From NCBI RefSeq assembly GCF_000143415.4, contig NW_003314269.1, forward strand, positions 210,401-274,400: a stretch of 64,000 nt of DNA, in the 5' to 3' direction. Positions 22,253 to 35,338 of the stretch are shown here, piece after piece. Numbering within the stretch: the stretch's first letter is position 1; every line of letters starts with the position of its first letter. The stretch comes from Selaginella moellendorffii. Its lineage: Eukaryota; Plantae; Lycopodiophyta. The translations under genes and the position numbers were made by a program. The notes under the pieces were generated by a model that worked only from the letters and a program-made list of their open reading frames with translations, ran no database searches and was not told the origin of the DNA.

Positions 22253-25200
22253 TCAGGGACCTTGGTTTACTGTTATGACCGTCTGACCATCCCTTTCAGT
22301 AAGCGGAACCAGGGAATCCAAACCATCTTCCCAAGGTCGCTGACCACGCGCATACCTTTTCGATCTCTGAGGTGAACCTTCAAGCGTGCTCTGAGAACTT
22401 AGAAGCTCCTCAAGCGTTTCACTGCCGAAACTTATGCCCCCAACCTCCGAATGATCTTGCACTTTAAAGCACCGTTTCAGAGCATCAACAAACTTCGAGA
22501 TGGTATTTTTCTGACCATCGCTGCCCTGACCTGCTTTGCTGGGCTGCGAGTCGAAGAATCTGAGCTTCCGGGAATTCAGGTTGTAAACTGCGTAGATGAA
22601 CGTGCAGACAGGACCTAAGCAGACCAAACCCCCGGGGACAGAAGTGGCGATCATGCTGGTCTGGTACTTTCCCAAAGGTGGCAATGCTGAGAATCCTGCG
22701 GCTCCAAATCCCACGAGGACGAAGATGATGGAGAGAACGAGCATGACTGCTGCGGCAATGAGTATTTGTCGGAGACGGCTAAGGAGTCTCAGGTTGAATT
22801 TGTCGGGAGAACGCAGGACCCCGGTGACTGCTGCCAGAGCACTGGCCATGGCGAAAAAGAAGGACAAACTGTTGGCAACCCAGAACACAACCACACCTGG
22901 TCTGTCGATGGACACATACTCCCTGTTGTCCTTGAACTTAAGCCTGTACCCCAGTGGCGGATTCAAGAAGCCTCCGAACGCGACACTGGCAATGAGAGCT
23001 GATCCAACCAGTATCGCGTTTAAGCCATCCACGAACATCTGCCGGTCCTTCTGCAAGCTCTTAGTGTAGCTGCTCCACTGGAGGTAGTTCATGACAGCAT
23101 CCTCCTCACCCATCCATTGTGCGTCCCAGTAAGGTGGCTGGCCGAAGTTATCGCAGATGTCTGGTTTGCAGCCTTTGCGAGACAAGGTAATCATTGTCTC
23201 GCGATCCTGTAAGATGGCAGCCCAGTGCAAAGCAGTCCGACCTGTCCGGCGGCCTGTGTCATTGGGATAATCTTTGATGAACTTTTCCGACCACTGTTTC
23301 AAACGTTGAGCCAGCCGTTTCCTCCTACGTCCTTCTTCGTTGTTATATCTATTTTCTCTCCAGATGTTGTCTTGCGAGATGGCCTGCAAGTCCTTGCTTC
23401 TGCCTTCTTCAATTTTTGCCTCCCAATAAGCCACAGGAACATCTTTCACCAGTTCACTCACGTCGTCGAAGGCACCCTTGTACTTGCTTGGCAAATTTCG
23501 ATATTTGTCTTCAAAGTTAATGTCCAGTTCCTTCCATACAGCTTCCTTGATCATGTCGGGTAATTCCTGGGTGAAGCACTTTGCCATGCAGGTTGCGAAG
23601 GTCTCCCTTCCCCGCAGCTCATCCTGTTCTCCATGCGAGAAAGCAATCTTAAAAGCTAACCTGAGTTGATCATTGATTCCTTTCACGTTGGTGTACTTCG
23701 TCATCACGAACTCCATCACAGGCTTTACTCTGTTGAACAGGCCCTCGCCAGCGAATTCTGTGCATCTGGTAGTGGCACTCAAAGCAGCCCATTCCAGTAG
23801 CCGTGATTCCTCCACAAGCTCATGAATAGAGTCCCCTGGCCATGTACCCAACTGAAGCTTCGCTAATAGCTCATTCGTGTGAATGCCTCCATATGCAACA
23901 GCAGACGCCAATATACCAGGCTCCAACACTCCATCGCTACTCAGGAAAATCCACGGCACCACATCAATTATGTCGGCTTGACCATGATCTTCAATACGCT
24001 GGAATGCCCGCTGCCAGTCCTTGTGACTTCCTGGAAACACCTGTATCTTTCTTTTCACATGTTCACGTATGAGTATGCCAAGACAGTCTCTTTTGCCACC
24101 CATAGCCGCCCAATGCCATGGCAGTCCTTTCTCAACCTTGTCCTCCGCATCTAGGTTGATGTCGTTAATTTTCAGCAACCACTCGAGTGCAACAGTGTTC
24201 CCACTCCAGGCAGCAAAGTGCAACGGAGTCAGACCTGCTTTAGTAGCTCGGTTCACTTCCAGGCCGTTCGGATCCAGCAACGCGAAGATATCTTTACCCC
24301 CTCCTCTAGCAGCAAAGTGCAATACTCCAGCTCCTGTCTCATCTTCTAACCCAAAATCAGCACCTTCGTCGCATAATTTTCGAGCAATGTCAGCTCTGCC
24401 TTGTCCAACAGCATAATGCAAAGGAGTGTGCCCACGCTTATTCTTTTTGTTAATCTTCGCACCTGCTTCCAGTAATGCTGTGACGATTGCGACTTCCCCT
24501 TGGCCAGGGCTCTCCCCTGCTACGATTTCAACATAATTCGAAGCAGCGAAATGAAGAGCAGTGTTGCCGAGTTCGTCTTGCTTCCGTACGTCAATCTTAC
24601 TTTTTTCATGGACGTTCAGCAGCGCTTTCACCAGACTTACATTTCCAAATTCGCTTGCAAGGTGTAGTGCGGTTTTGTCAGCATAAACATTGTGGATGTT
24701 CCAACCATATTTTAGAGCTTCCAGTTTGTCACTAAAATCTCCACCTTCTTGGATCCGCAGCTCCTCCAAGGCATCTGCCCAAAAATTTCAGATGTTAGAA
24801 GGACTTACTCTCTACGACTTACTCGTGATATCTTCCACTGAGCAAGCCTTTTGGAATCGTGGCTTCAAGGCTGTGTGCAGTAGCAGTTGAAAAACCGACT
24901 CATTTCCTTGTAACGCCAGGTGCAACGAAGACGCTCCCTCCTTGTCTTTTCGGCACGGATCAGCACCTTTGGCAATCAGCAGAACAATCATGTCCTGCTG
25001 CTCTTGTAGATGTTGTTCCACACGGGAAAGCTCCTGCTGCCATCCGCGTAACATTTTTAAGTCCAACTCCTTTAATTCCAACTTCTTTACCTCCAACTCG
25101 TTTATCATCTGCAGGTGCATTCTGACTGCAAGGTGCAGAAGAGTCTGGCCCTTCTCCAAGTCAGGGGTGTCCACCTCGGCTTCGCGGTAGAGCAACTCCT

Positions 25201-25686
25201 TCAGAACTTCAAGGTTGCCACCTTTTTTGACTGCAATGTGTAACGGCGCCTCCCCCTTGATATTCTTTTGGCATGGATCCGCATCATTCCATAAGAGCGC
25301 TTGTATCACTTTCACGTTCTGTCGTTCCACAGCAGTGTGCAAGGGAGTATTGCCACTTTTATCAACGACATTAAGTTGCTCTGCATCCGTCAGCTCGTCT
25401 AGCAGTTGTAAAACGATGGCAGGGTTTTCAATAGTGGCAGCTCCATGTAGAGCTGTCCTACCATTGGATGAATCTGCTTCTAAGATGTCTTTTACCTTAG
25501 TCGGAGACCATTCGAGCAGCCAGGATATTGCAGAAGTGTTCTCAGCCTCGGCGGCGAGATATAGTGCAGTTGTGAAGATACCTTGCTGCCTATCATAGAC
25601 AGTATGACCATCCCAGTCTTTGTTATTGATCAGGTCGAGCAATTTGTCTTCAGGGCTGCTATCCATGAGAATCGGCCGAAATTGAT
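22253..25686 (-). CDS. Ankyrin-repeat/coiled-coil/PGG-type transmembrane protein (ACD6/ITN1-like), copy 1; exon 1 lost
   Basis: Many TPLH/TALH ankyrin repeats, then NAILVGSALIASVAFGGFLNPPLGY and hydrophobic helices. A 48-nt intron (24775-24822) joins the two ORFs. Cut in intron 1 at about 25730; in-frame Met at 25666. Confidence 0.85.
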
Positions 25687-26014
25687 CTGGAGGAGCAAAG
25701 GTAATGTGTAGATACATAGTCCTGAAAGCAAGAGTGGGTTGAGAGGCAATGCTGTCACAAGCCTTGCAAATGTCTTCAAAGTCTGTAACATTCAATGCGT
25801 ATAGTTGTGGTGATGAACAAAAAATATTTTAGAGATAAAATGGCAATGGTGCAAACCAAGGATAGAAATTCCATTTAAGTCCATGTATAAAAATCCTGTC
25901 GATGCCGATTTCATGTAGTAAATCCAATTTTTTTTCAGATTTTCAGTTTTTTATAGAGGATCAATGCCAAAAAGAAAGCAATGTCTCAGGTTAATTTTAT
26001 TTCAATTGTATTAA

Positions 26015-26086
26015 GCATAAGTAGTCCAACGGTTAAGATATTTGCCTTCCAAGCAATAGATCCGGGTTCGACTCCCGGCTGATGCA
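26015..26086 (+). pseudogene. Degenerate tRNA-Gly(TCC) copy
   Basis: Full length, but with mismatches in the acceptor stem (C5>A), D stem and anticodon stem; no T5 terminator. Confidence 0.85.
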
Positions 26087-26122
26087 TAGTTTAAAACCTA
26101 AAACCTTTTTGCCCTAGGGTTT

Positions 26123-26710
26123 ATGGAGAGGATGCGCTCCTTTTTCCTGGTATGGCGATCGGCGATCTGGAGCTGTTGCCGCGTCCTCAAGGTACGAGGA
26201 AGAATGCCGGGAATGTGGAGGCCCGATGGAGTGGAAATTATCGCAGGGTTCTGTCTGGAGTGAGGCAGACGAATCTAGCGACTGAGCAGCAACGCCAGGA
26301 TGAGAATCCGGACCACGATCAGCAGGTAGATCCCGCGCTGCCAATCTCCGCTCGCGACGCTCTTCCAATCATCGAGGCGCTGGGAGGCCCTGTTGCTCCT
26401 GATTCCTGGCAAGGAGGACTTGCAGTGGACACGTATCGAGCTGGGAAAGGACCTGTGAAACTTGATCTTCGCTACGAGGTAACTTTTGCAAAAAAAATAT
26501 TAAAGCTTTTGAGCACTACGTACTTCCTGACAGGCTAACCTGACCACTGCAACAATTCGTAACGTTTTTGGAGTCATAGAAGGCTCTGAGAAAGATAGGT
26601 GAGTTTTCGAGCTTCAAATTAGTTTTGTTTTCTCTTGTATTTTTTTTAAAGCTCTGAAACATAGATATGTACTTCTTGGGAATCACTGAGACACTTGGAC
26701 CTATGGAGCG
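26123..26710 (+). pseudogene. CRM 5' fragment fused to an internal AMP1-like fragment
   Basis: ...DENPDHDQQ (CRM) joins [14 protein letters not shown]... (peptidase) at about 26325; ends near 26710. Confidence 0.85.
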
Positions 26711-26780
26711 ATCATAAGATAAGATTTGGATATACTGTCACCATAAATCCTTAAAATCTTTGGGGATAAATAAGGATAAA

Positions 26781-29757
26781 AAAGCCTCCGAACGTGACAC
26801 TGGCAATGAGAGCGGATCCAACCAGTATCGCGTTTAAGCCATCCACGAACATCTGCCGGTCCTTGTGCAAGCTCTCAGTGTAGCTGCCCCACTTGAGGCA
26901 GTTCAGCATGACAGCGTCCTTCTCACCCACACATTGTGCGTCCCAATAAGGTGGCTTGCCGAAGTTATCGCAAATGTCTGGTTTGCAGCCTTTGCCAGAC
27001 AAGGCAATCACTGTCTCGCGCTCCATGAAGATGGCAGCCCAGTGCAAAGCAGTCCGACCTGTCTGGTGGCCTGTGTCGTTGGGATAATCTTTGATGAACT
27101 TTTCAGACAACTGTTTCAAACGTTGAGCCAGCCGTTTCCTCCTACGTCCTTCTTCGTCGTTATATTCTTTCGAGATGGCCTTCAAGTCCTTGCTTCTGTG
27201 TTCTTCAAGTTTTGCCTCCCAATAAGCCACAGGAACATCTTTTGCCAGTTCACTCACGTCGTCGAAGGCATCCTTGTACTTGCTTGGCAATTTTCGATAT
27301 TTGTCTTCAAAGTTAATGTCCAGTTCCTTCCACACAGCTTCCTTGACAATATCGGGTAATTCCTGGGTGAAGCACTTTGCCATGCAGGTTGCGAAGGTCT
27401 CCCTTCCCCGCATCTCATCCTGTACTCCATGCAAGAAAGCAATCTTATTAAAAGCTAACCTGAGTTCATCATTGATTCCTTTCACGTTGGTGTACTTCTT
27501 CATCACGAACTCCATCACAGACTTTACTCTGTTGAACAGGCCCTTGCCACCGAATTCTGTGCTTCTGGTAGTGGCACTCAAAGCAGCCCATTCCAGTAGC
27601 CGTGATTCCTCCACAAGCTCATGAACAGAGTCCCCTGGCCCTGGTCCAGTTTCTCTTGTACCCAACTTCTTCGCTAAGAACCCATTCGTTGTACTGTCTC
27701 CATATGCAACAGCAGACGACAATATACCAGGCTCCAACACTCCATCGTTACACAGGAACCACCACAGCACCCAATCAATTATGTCGGCTTGACCATGATC
27801 TTCAATACGCTGGAATGCCCGCTGCCAGTCCTTGTGACTTCCTGGAAACACCTGTATCTTTCTTTTCACATGTTCACGTGTGAGTATGTCAAGACAGCCT
27901 ATGTTGCCACCCATAGCCGCCCAATGCCATGGCAGCCCTTTGTCAACCTTGTCCTCCGCAACTAGCTTGATGTCATTAATTTTCAGCAACCACTCGAGTG
28001 CAACAGTGTTCCCATTCCAGGCAGCAAAGTGCAACGGAGTCAGACCTGCTTTAGTAGCTCGGTTCACTTCCAGGCCGTTCGGATCCAGCAACGCGAAGAA
28101 ATGTTTACCCCCTCCTCTAGCAGCAAAGTGCAATACTCCAGCTCCTGTCTCATCTTCTAAACCAAAATCAGCACCTTCGTCGCGTAATTTACGAGCAATG
28201 TCAGCTCTCTTTTGTCCAACAGCAAAATGCAAAGGAGTGTGCCCAAGCTTATTCTTTTTGTTAATGTCCGCACCTGCTTCCAGTAATGCTGTGACGATTG
28301 CGACTTCCCCTTGGCCAACATCAAAATGCAAAGGGCTCTCACGATTTCCAAACACCCAACACAATTCGAAGCAGCGAAATGAAGAGCAGTGTTGCCGAGT
28401 TCGTCTTGCTTCCGTACGTCAATCTTACTTTTTTCATGGAGGTTCAGCAGCGCTTTCACCAGACTTACATTTCCAAATTCACTTGCAAGGTGTAGTGCGG
28501 TTTTGTCAGCATAAACATTGTGGATGTTCCAACCATATTTTAGAGCTTCCAGTTTGTCACTAAAATCTCCACCTTCTTGGATCAGCAGCTCCTCCAAGGC
28601 ATCTGCCCAAAAATTTCAGATGTTAGAAGGACTTACTCTCTACGACTTACTCGTGACATCTTCCACTGAGCAAGCCTTTTGGAATCGTGGCTTCAAGGCT
28701 GTGTGCAGTAGCAGTTGAAAAACCGACTCATTGCCTTGTAGCGCCAGGTGCAACGAAGACGCTCCCTCCTTGTCTTTTCGGCACGGATCAGCACCTCTGG
28801 CAATCAACAGAACAATCATGTGCTGCTGCTCTTGTAGATGTTGTTCCACACGGGAAAGCTGCTGCTGCCTTATCTCCTGCTGATGTTGTTCCACACGGGA
28901 AAGCTCCTGCTGCCTTATGCGTAGCTCCTTTAACTTCAACTCCTTTAACTTCAACTCCTTTAACTCCAACTCCTTTACGCAAGGTGCAGAGGATCTCCAA
29001 GTCAGGGGTGTCCACCTCGTCTACGTCATCGAGCAACTTCTTTAGAATTTCAAGGTTGCCACCTTTTTTGGCTGCAATGTGTAACGGCGCGTCCCACTTG
29101 ATATTCTTTTGGCATGGATCCGCATCTGCATCTAAGAGCTCTTGTATCACTTTCACGTTCTGTCGTTTCACAGCAGTGTGCAAGGGAGTATTGCCGTCTT
29201 TATCAACGACATTAACTTGCTTTGCATCCGTCAGCTCGTCTAGCAGTTGTGAAACAATGGCAGGGTTTTCAACAGCGGCAGTTCCATGTAGAGCGGTGCT
29301 ACCATTGGATGAATCTGCTTCTAAGATGTCGTTTACCTTAGTGATCTCAGACCATTCGAACAACCAGGATATTGCAGAAGTGTTCTCAGCCTCCACAGCG
29401 AGATATAGTGCAGTTGTGAAGATACATTTCTGCCTATCATAGACAGTATGATCATCCCAGTCTTTGTTATTGATCAGGTCGATCAATCTGTCTTCAGGGC
29501 TGCTATCCATGAGAATCGGTCGAAATTGATCTGGAGGAGCAAAGGCAATGTGTACATACATAGTCCTGAAAGCATCACTTACGTGCTTCAACATGCGTGG
29601 AGGACAGGATCTTTGGGGCTCGTTTCGTCGCAACGCTATTCGACAAGGAGGGGGCAGCGGGAGCGGGAGCGGGAGCGCCACCACCACCACCACCATCGCC
29701 TCCGCCAGACTGAGCGCTACCACCACCACCAGCACGCGCGTTCTCTGCTGGCACCAT
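26781..29757 (-). pseudogene. Ankyrin-TM gene copy 2, frameshifted and truncated within the start of the TM domain
   Basis: Frameshifting deletions near 28990 and 28340. Homology stops after SVTFGG at about 26781. Exon 1 and an upstream TATA are retained. Confidence 0.88.
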
Positions 29758-30050
29758 CAGCCTACGCTCCAACAAAAACGATGCAATTGATCAGGCACGA
29801 TTTCTTGTATATATATATGCCTAGATGCCTTGCTGGGAACGTAAGATGCAGGCAAGACCTGTAAAAGGGATTGTTTAGATTCCACACAGGACACTGAAAC
29901 ACTGCGATGCAATTCTTTAAGCTATCTCTTTATCCGGCCTACAGGGAGTCTATTGGACGCAAATTTATGCGTCTTTCCAACCATTGCAAGCCCTAAAAAC
30001 TCTATCTACGAATATGCTCGAAGATGCGTTATTTTAGGGCAAGATAGAGC

Positions 30051-30735
30051 ATGGCGAGTCCAAGAGTACAGTCGCGGGAGAGCGCAGGGGACGCCCATCG
30101 CCGAGGTAGGGAGCATGGGCGCAGAGAGGTCTAGTGACAGAGAAGAACGAGAGAAATGGGAAACGAGAACTAGAGTCAAGGATGAAGCAAAGGTGTAGAG
30201 AATGTGTTTAAAAGGGAGTGTGATTTAAGCGTGTCAAAGTGGAGCCGGTTGACATGAGGTGTCTGGTGATTTCTATCGGGCCTTTTTCTCTTTCGATCCT
30301 GCGACTGCTTCGAATGCTTACTGGGTGTTTTGTGCCTGTAGGATGGAGATGGGGATGAAGCGAAAGAGCTCCCTCGCAGGTATGGCTTTGAGTTTTCTCT
30401 TGTTTCTTTTGGTTCTTTACCGTGCAAGGACGATAGTATCGCGCTCATGGAGCAAGCAGAAGTTGCTTTGGAGGCCTAGGAACAAGCAAAGGTAGGACGG
30501 ATCCAAAGAGCTGCGCTGCGATGCTGAATCCTTGTTTCAATGCAGGAGAAGGCCTCGTTTGAGTACACTGGGAAGCTCGCAGCTGAGACCAACAAAGTCA
30601 GTGGTAAGATCTTCTTTGTTTTTCCTTTGTTTCTGCTTTCTGATATCTAGTTTCCAACAGGTATTGCGTTGCAGTTTACGGAGCCTCCCGAGGCTCGCTA
30701 GCCCAGTGTCCGATGGAGGCTCTACGTTTTCAAAG
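30051..30735 (+). pseudogene. DAWDLE 5' partial copy with internal deletions
   Basis: Colinear with 52354-53224; ends at RLYVFK, where it is joined to LOG sequence. Confidence 0.88.
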
Positions 30736-30739
30736 GATG

Positions 30740-31252
30740 GTCGATATTTGTGAGGATTTGTGTTTTTTGCGGCAGTTGTGAAAAGTATTGACACATTCTT
30801 CGTTGTTGCCAGGCGGATATGGTACGCTAGAGGAGCTGCTGGAAATGATAACGTGGTCCCAGTTAGGCATTCATGATAAGCCTGTAAGAGATCTCGCAGT
30901 TTCTCACATGGAAAGTCTGGTGTTTGTCGTCTCTCTTTTCTCTTAATCAGGTCGGCCTGCTAAACGTTGATGGTTACTACAATCCGCTTCTCGCCCTGTT
31001 TGACAAGGGCACGGAGGAAGGATTCATCAAACCGTCGTCCAGGCAAATTGTCATTTCCGCATCGACTGCGGGCGAGCTCCTTGATAGACTAGAGGTAAGT
31101 TTTCCTCGGTTGTGTACAAGTTTCCTCGTGATCTTTTGTGTGTTTGGCAGGCTTATGTTCCAAACCACGTCTCGGTTGCTCCAAAAGAGACGTGGGAGAT
31201 AGAACAATTGGGGTACTCGGCGGCATCGGCCCCCCCAAGCCATACGCTGTGA
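30740..31252 (+). pseudogene. Partial LOG copy (37 bp of exon 1 plus exons 5-7)
   Basis: 30740-30776 matches 8367-8403; 30777 onward matches 9641-10107. Confidence 0.9.
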
Positions 31253-31790
31253 GAAAATGTTTAAACCAATTCTTTTCTTTTTCAAGATGACTATGTGTTG
31301 ACGCTTTGTAAACCCTGTGTTGACCCTTGAAAGGCTCAAGGCTTAATTAAACCAAAGTTTATTTCATTTCATTTCATGTAGAAGAGAGACGCAATATTTA
31401 TCAAGTGATCAACCCTGGGAAGACTGGCCAGCCCAGGGACCTGAGGGATAGTCTTGTAGAGCCGATCCCGGGTTCGAACCCACCCGAAGAAGAGGGACCC
31501 TCAAATAAAACAATCTGATCACTCCTTTTATTTTCCCAAGCATGTTGGGGCACGGATTCGAACGCACGACTCCTTCGTACTTCCCCTCGTACTTCCCCGT
31601 ATTTCTGGTGTCGCATTGTTCTTAGGCTTGTACATGGTTTAAATCTATTTAACTAGCGATTGAGTGGAAGAGCTTTTGGATTGTCTCTCTTCTTTCAAAG
31701 ACAAAGGTTGGATCACAAAATTGAGACACGAGAGTTGCAGACACCAATGATGAACACGTACGCTATCATCACTAAGTTCCATGAATGTTG

Positions 31791-33165
31791 CTAATGCAAG
31801 GTTGAGAAAGTCATGCCGGATCCGGTGTGGCATGAACCACTGAAGACATTGGCCTTCTCCGCTGTTCGGAACACATCCGCATACACTAGGGCGATGTGCT
31901 CAGTCACAAACTCAGGCCCCTCTTCGCCGTCGCCAACAATGAAACTCGAATCAAACTTAGCCATGTCCTCTATCGTATGGCATGCCCGTCGCAGCGGCTT
32001 TCGCATCGCCAGCGCGTACTCAAGCGAGAACCTGATCCGCGCCATCTCACCCGATGACAAGAAAGTCTCAATCGCCGCCAGCCAGCCCTCCTCGTCCTCC
32101 AGGCATGCTACTACCTCTTCCGGGCTAAGCTTCCTTTCCGGACCACGGCGGTGTAACCACGAACTTGGTAGTTCGCGGGCCACGAGCTTGCCGAGTGCAT
32201 AGCTCCGGCAGCTGCTGTCCAAGACGGCCAACGAAAACGGGTGCCTCCCTGTGTAATGCTCCACAAGCATTGAGCGCTTCGGGAATCGCGAGCAAAGGAG
32301 CCCGAGAACGCTCAGCTTGTCTCGGAAAGCAGTCAGCTCCTCCTGCCAACCAAGACTTTTGAAATCAAAACACAAACATCCACAAGAAAGAACAGCTCAC
32401 CCCGTAGAAACCATCCTCCATGAGCAACAGTTCGCACGGACTATACCGCAGCTGCAAGTACTCCTGCGTCATTCCAACCCCACGAGACAGCCCCAAGACA
32501 GTCACTGCTGCAAGTGAGAACAAAGCAAACAATTCGCTGTGGAACTTCTTACGCAGCTCCTTGGCGGGCACTGACACTGGCATTTCCTCTCCAAGAGCGT
32601 CAAGCATCTCCCACTGATCGACGACGAAGTAAAACTCGTCACCCGCGGCTGCTACTCGATCGCAGAAGAACTTGGCGATGTCTTGCATAGAACCCAAGCG
32701 ATCTATCTCATCCAGCAGCTCGGCCTCCTTGCAAAACGTGAACCTCAGCGCGTTCTTCACGCACCCGCCCAAGTCCTGCTTAGCGATAGCAATCGCGAGG
32801 TCCCAGAGGCAAACAATCCTGCTGTTAGTCCCCGCGGCATCGTGAATCCACCCGCAAGCCAAAGCCCTGAGCAAGCAACTCTTGCCGATTCCACATGGCC
32901 CAACGACTAGCAGCGTTTTTGTCTCTTTGGCTGCTTCCACCAGGCTCTCAAGATCACGGCGACCTACAAACTGGAGATCTCCTCCGGGCATCGACGGCGC
33001 CTTGCCGATTCCCGGATATGGAATCGCCGTGATCTCACCGGCAGTGCACAGCTTACTCTTGTCCATTGCAGCGATGGCCTCTTGCGCCTTGGCTGCCTTG
33101 GCCAGATCGTATTCCCCGCCATCGCTCCCACACACGCAGCGGAACCTCTTGACTGGGCGCTGCAT
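31791..33165 (-). CDS. Crinkler-associated-type P-loop NTPase, copy 2, intact
   Basis: Near-identical to 10653-12030, same intron, reading frame open. Confidence 0.75.
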
Positions 33166-33781
33166 CCTCGCCTAAACCCTAAGATTTGTTGCGATCGCGG
33201 CCGTCCAATGCTCGTTCGCGCCCATTTTTCTTTGTATGGAGATTTGTTTGACACCATGGACCAGACGATTTAAGGGCATTCTCGATCCAGCTCGATCCAT
33301 GTCGCAAATGGCCCCTCTCAACAAGATTGCAATCTTTGCCTGCGTTTTGATTCTTCTTGCAAATCCAGACAACATGGAATGTGCCTCGCAACTTGAGAGA
33401 TTGGAAATCTTTCCCAGGACAATAAACCACAAGATTGGATGATGCAATTACGTTTAGGAGAACAGGATTTCTCTGTGCTCGTTAGCGATCAGTGGATCGA
33501 GAGGCAACGCTGTCACAAGCTTTGCAAATATCTTCAAAGTCTGTAAAATTCAATGGGTATAGTTGTGATGAACGAAAAATATTTTAAAGATAAATTGGCA
33601 ATGGTGCACACCAACGATAGAAATTCCATTAAAGTCCATGTACAAAATCCTGTCGATGCCGATTTCATGTAGTAAACCTATGCTTTCAGATTTTCAGTTT
33701 TAATTCATCAATGCGAATGTACTCTTTACACTTGAGTGAAAGGTTGTTTCGTTCAGGTTAATTTTACTTTAAATGTAATAA

Positions 33782-33824
33782 GCATCAGTAGTCCAACGGT
33801 TAGGATAATTGCCTACCAACTCCC
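33782..33824 (+). pseudogene. Truncated tRNA-Gly (5' half; anticodon TCC>ACC, T-arm deleted)
   Basis: gcatcagtagtccaacggttaggataattgcctaccaactccc. Confidence 0.85.
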
Positions 33825-33871
33825 TAGTTTAAAACCTAAAACCTTTTTGCCACGTGTCGGCTCTAGGGTTT

Positions 33872-35226
33872 ATGGAGAGGATGCGCTCCTTTTCCCTCAT
33901 ATGGCGATCGGCGATGTGCACTGCCGCCACTGGAGCACAGCCTGTTGCCGCGTCCTCGAGGTACGAGGAAGAATGCCGGGAATGTGGAGGCCCGATGGAG
34001 TGGAAATTATCGCAGGGTTCTGTCTGGAGTGAGGCAGTGGAATCCGGACCACGATCAGCAGCTGTCTATGGATTTCCGGATCAAAAAGAGGACTCTCGTC
34101 AAGGAGCTCGTCAAGCAACAAATCCGAGAGGAGATTCGCAAGAGAAGGGAGGAGGACAAGAACCGTGCTCCCAAGACCGAGAAGGAGTTTCTCGAAGTAA
34201 AGATCCGAAGGGTACGTAAGTTCTTCTTTTCCAAGGAGCACTCTTCTTAGTTGCTTTTGTTTATGTATTTTCTTTCGCTCGTTTCTTCCAGGCTTTGTAC
34301 ACGATCGATCTCAACAGGACGGAGATCCGGCGAAAGCATTCGTCCCATCTCACCGAAGGAAAGCGTTGCTTGCGAGAAACGGAGCCTCTGAGTGAAGGAG
34401 AGGCGGCGCACTACGCAAGGATTGGAAACCAAAACCAGAACTTTGCGTCCGTCGGTAAGCGTGGGATCTACGGAGGTGTGATTCACAACATCCACACCAA
34501 CTGGAAGTTCCATGAGACGGTGAGGATCAAGTGCCCCCGCCACAACAGCATGGAGGAGACGCGGAGAATCGGTGCCGAGCTAGCGAGATTGAGTGGAGGC
34601 ATCGTGCTCGATGTCCTTGAGGACAGGACGGTGATTATGTTTCGTGGTAAGAACTACCAGACACCAGAGGAGCTCTATCCTCCAACTTTGGAAGCTGTCG
34701 ACAGGAGAAATGTAAATTTGCTGCTCTTTTCTTTTCCCTCTTGTTCTTCTTTGACGAGTTTGCTGTTTTGTTTTTCCAGGCCGATTCCAGGCACCACATC
34801 CAACGGGCTTTGGATTCACAAGTTTACAGGCTGGGACAATACATTTCCAGGTACCACTTTCTCAAAGAAGACAGAGAGCCCGCTCAAGCCACGCAGCCGA
34901 TGATAGTCTTACCAGGGGCTGGCAACGAAGACAGAGAAGAAGGTTTAGATCAAGGTTGTCAAGTAGATGTGGAGAATGGTGATAAAGAACAGGCTAGAAC
35001 AGCAGCAGCGGATGTTATAGCTACACAGGCGAGCCGCGAGCGAGTGGAAAAAAAGATGGCGTCCAGATTTGCGAGAGAACTTGGCCGCCACAAGACCGAG
35101 ATTGGGAAGGAGAGGAGACGCGCGAGAAAGAACTTGTTTGATTACAAGATTCGCAGGTGTGGGGGGATAAAAGCGTACCTCCGCGGCCTGGGAGTACCAT
35201 ATCCATTCCCAAGACTCCACTCTTAA
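33872..35226 (+). CDS. CRM-domain protein copy 3, apparently intact (in-frame deletion of about 11 aa in exon 2)
   Basis: Same splice sites as copy 1; VRQWNPDHDQQ replaces VRQTNLATEQQRQDENPDHDQQ. Confidence 0.8.
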
Positions 35227-35338
35227 ACAAATCCAGGGAGATAAGCTTGGAACTTCTATGATATGACTTGGATCCCACTATCAGGTAGGGTTCTTGCGAG
35301 AGAAGAGAAGATTTTTAAGTACGAGCTCGAAGAAAGAG

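Noticed and set aside
8344-25686. Bacterial-style SLOG/NTPase/TM-effector immune operon (Thoeris-like)
   Set aside because: The LOG is a canonical intron-containing plant cytokinin LOG, and only a fragment of it was duplicated.
24812-25795. Upstream ankyrin ORF as a separate gene, and poly-Val N-termini in track ORFs 28788-29735 and 50975-52057
   Set aside because: GT-AG introns join the ORFs in frame; the poly-Val is the wrong frame of the Gly-rich exon 1.
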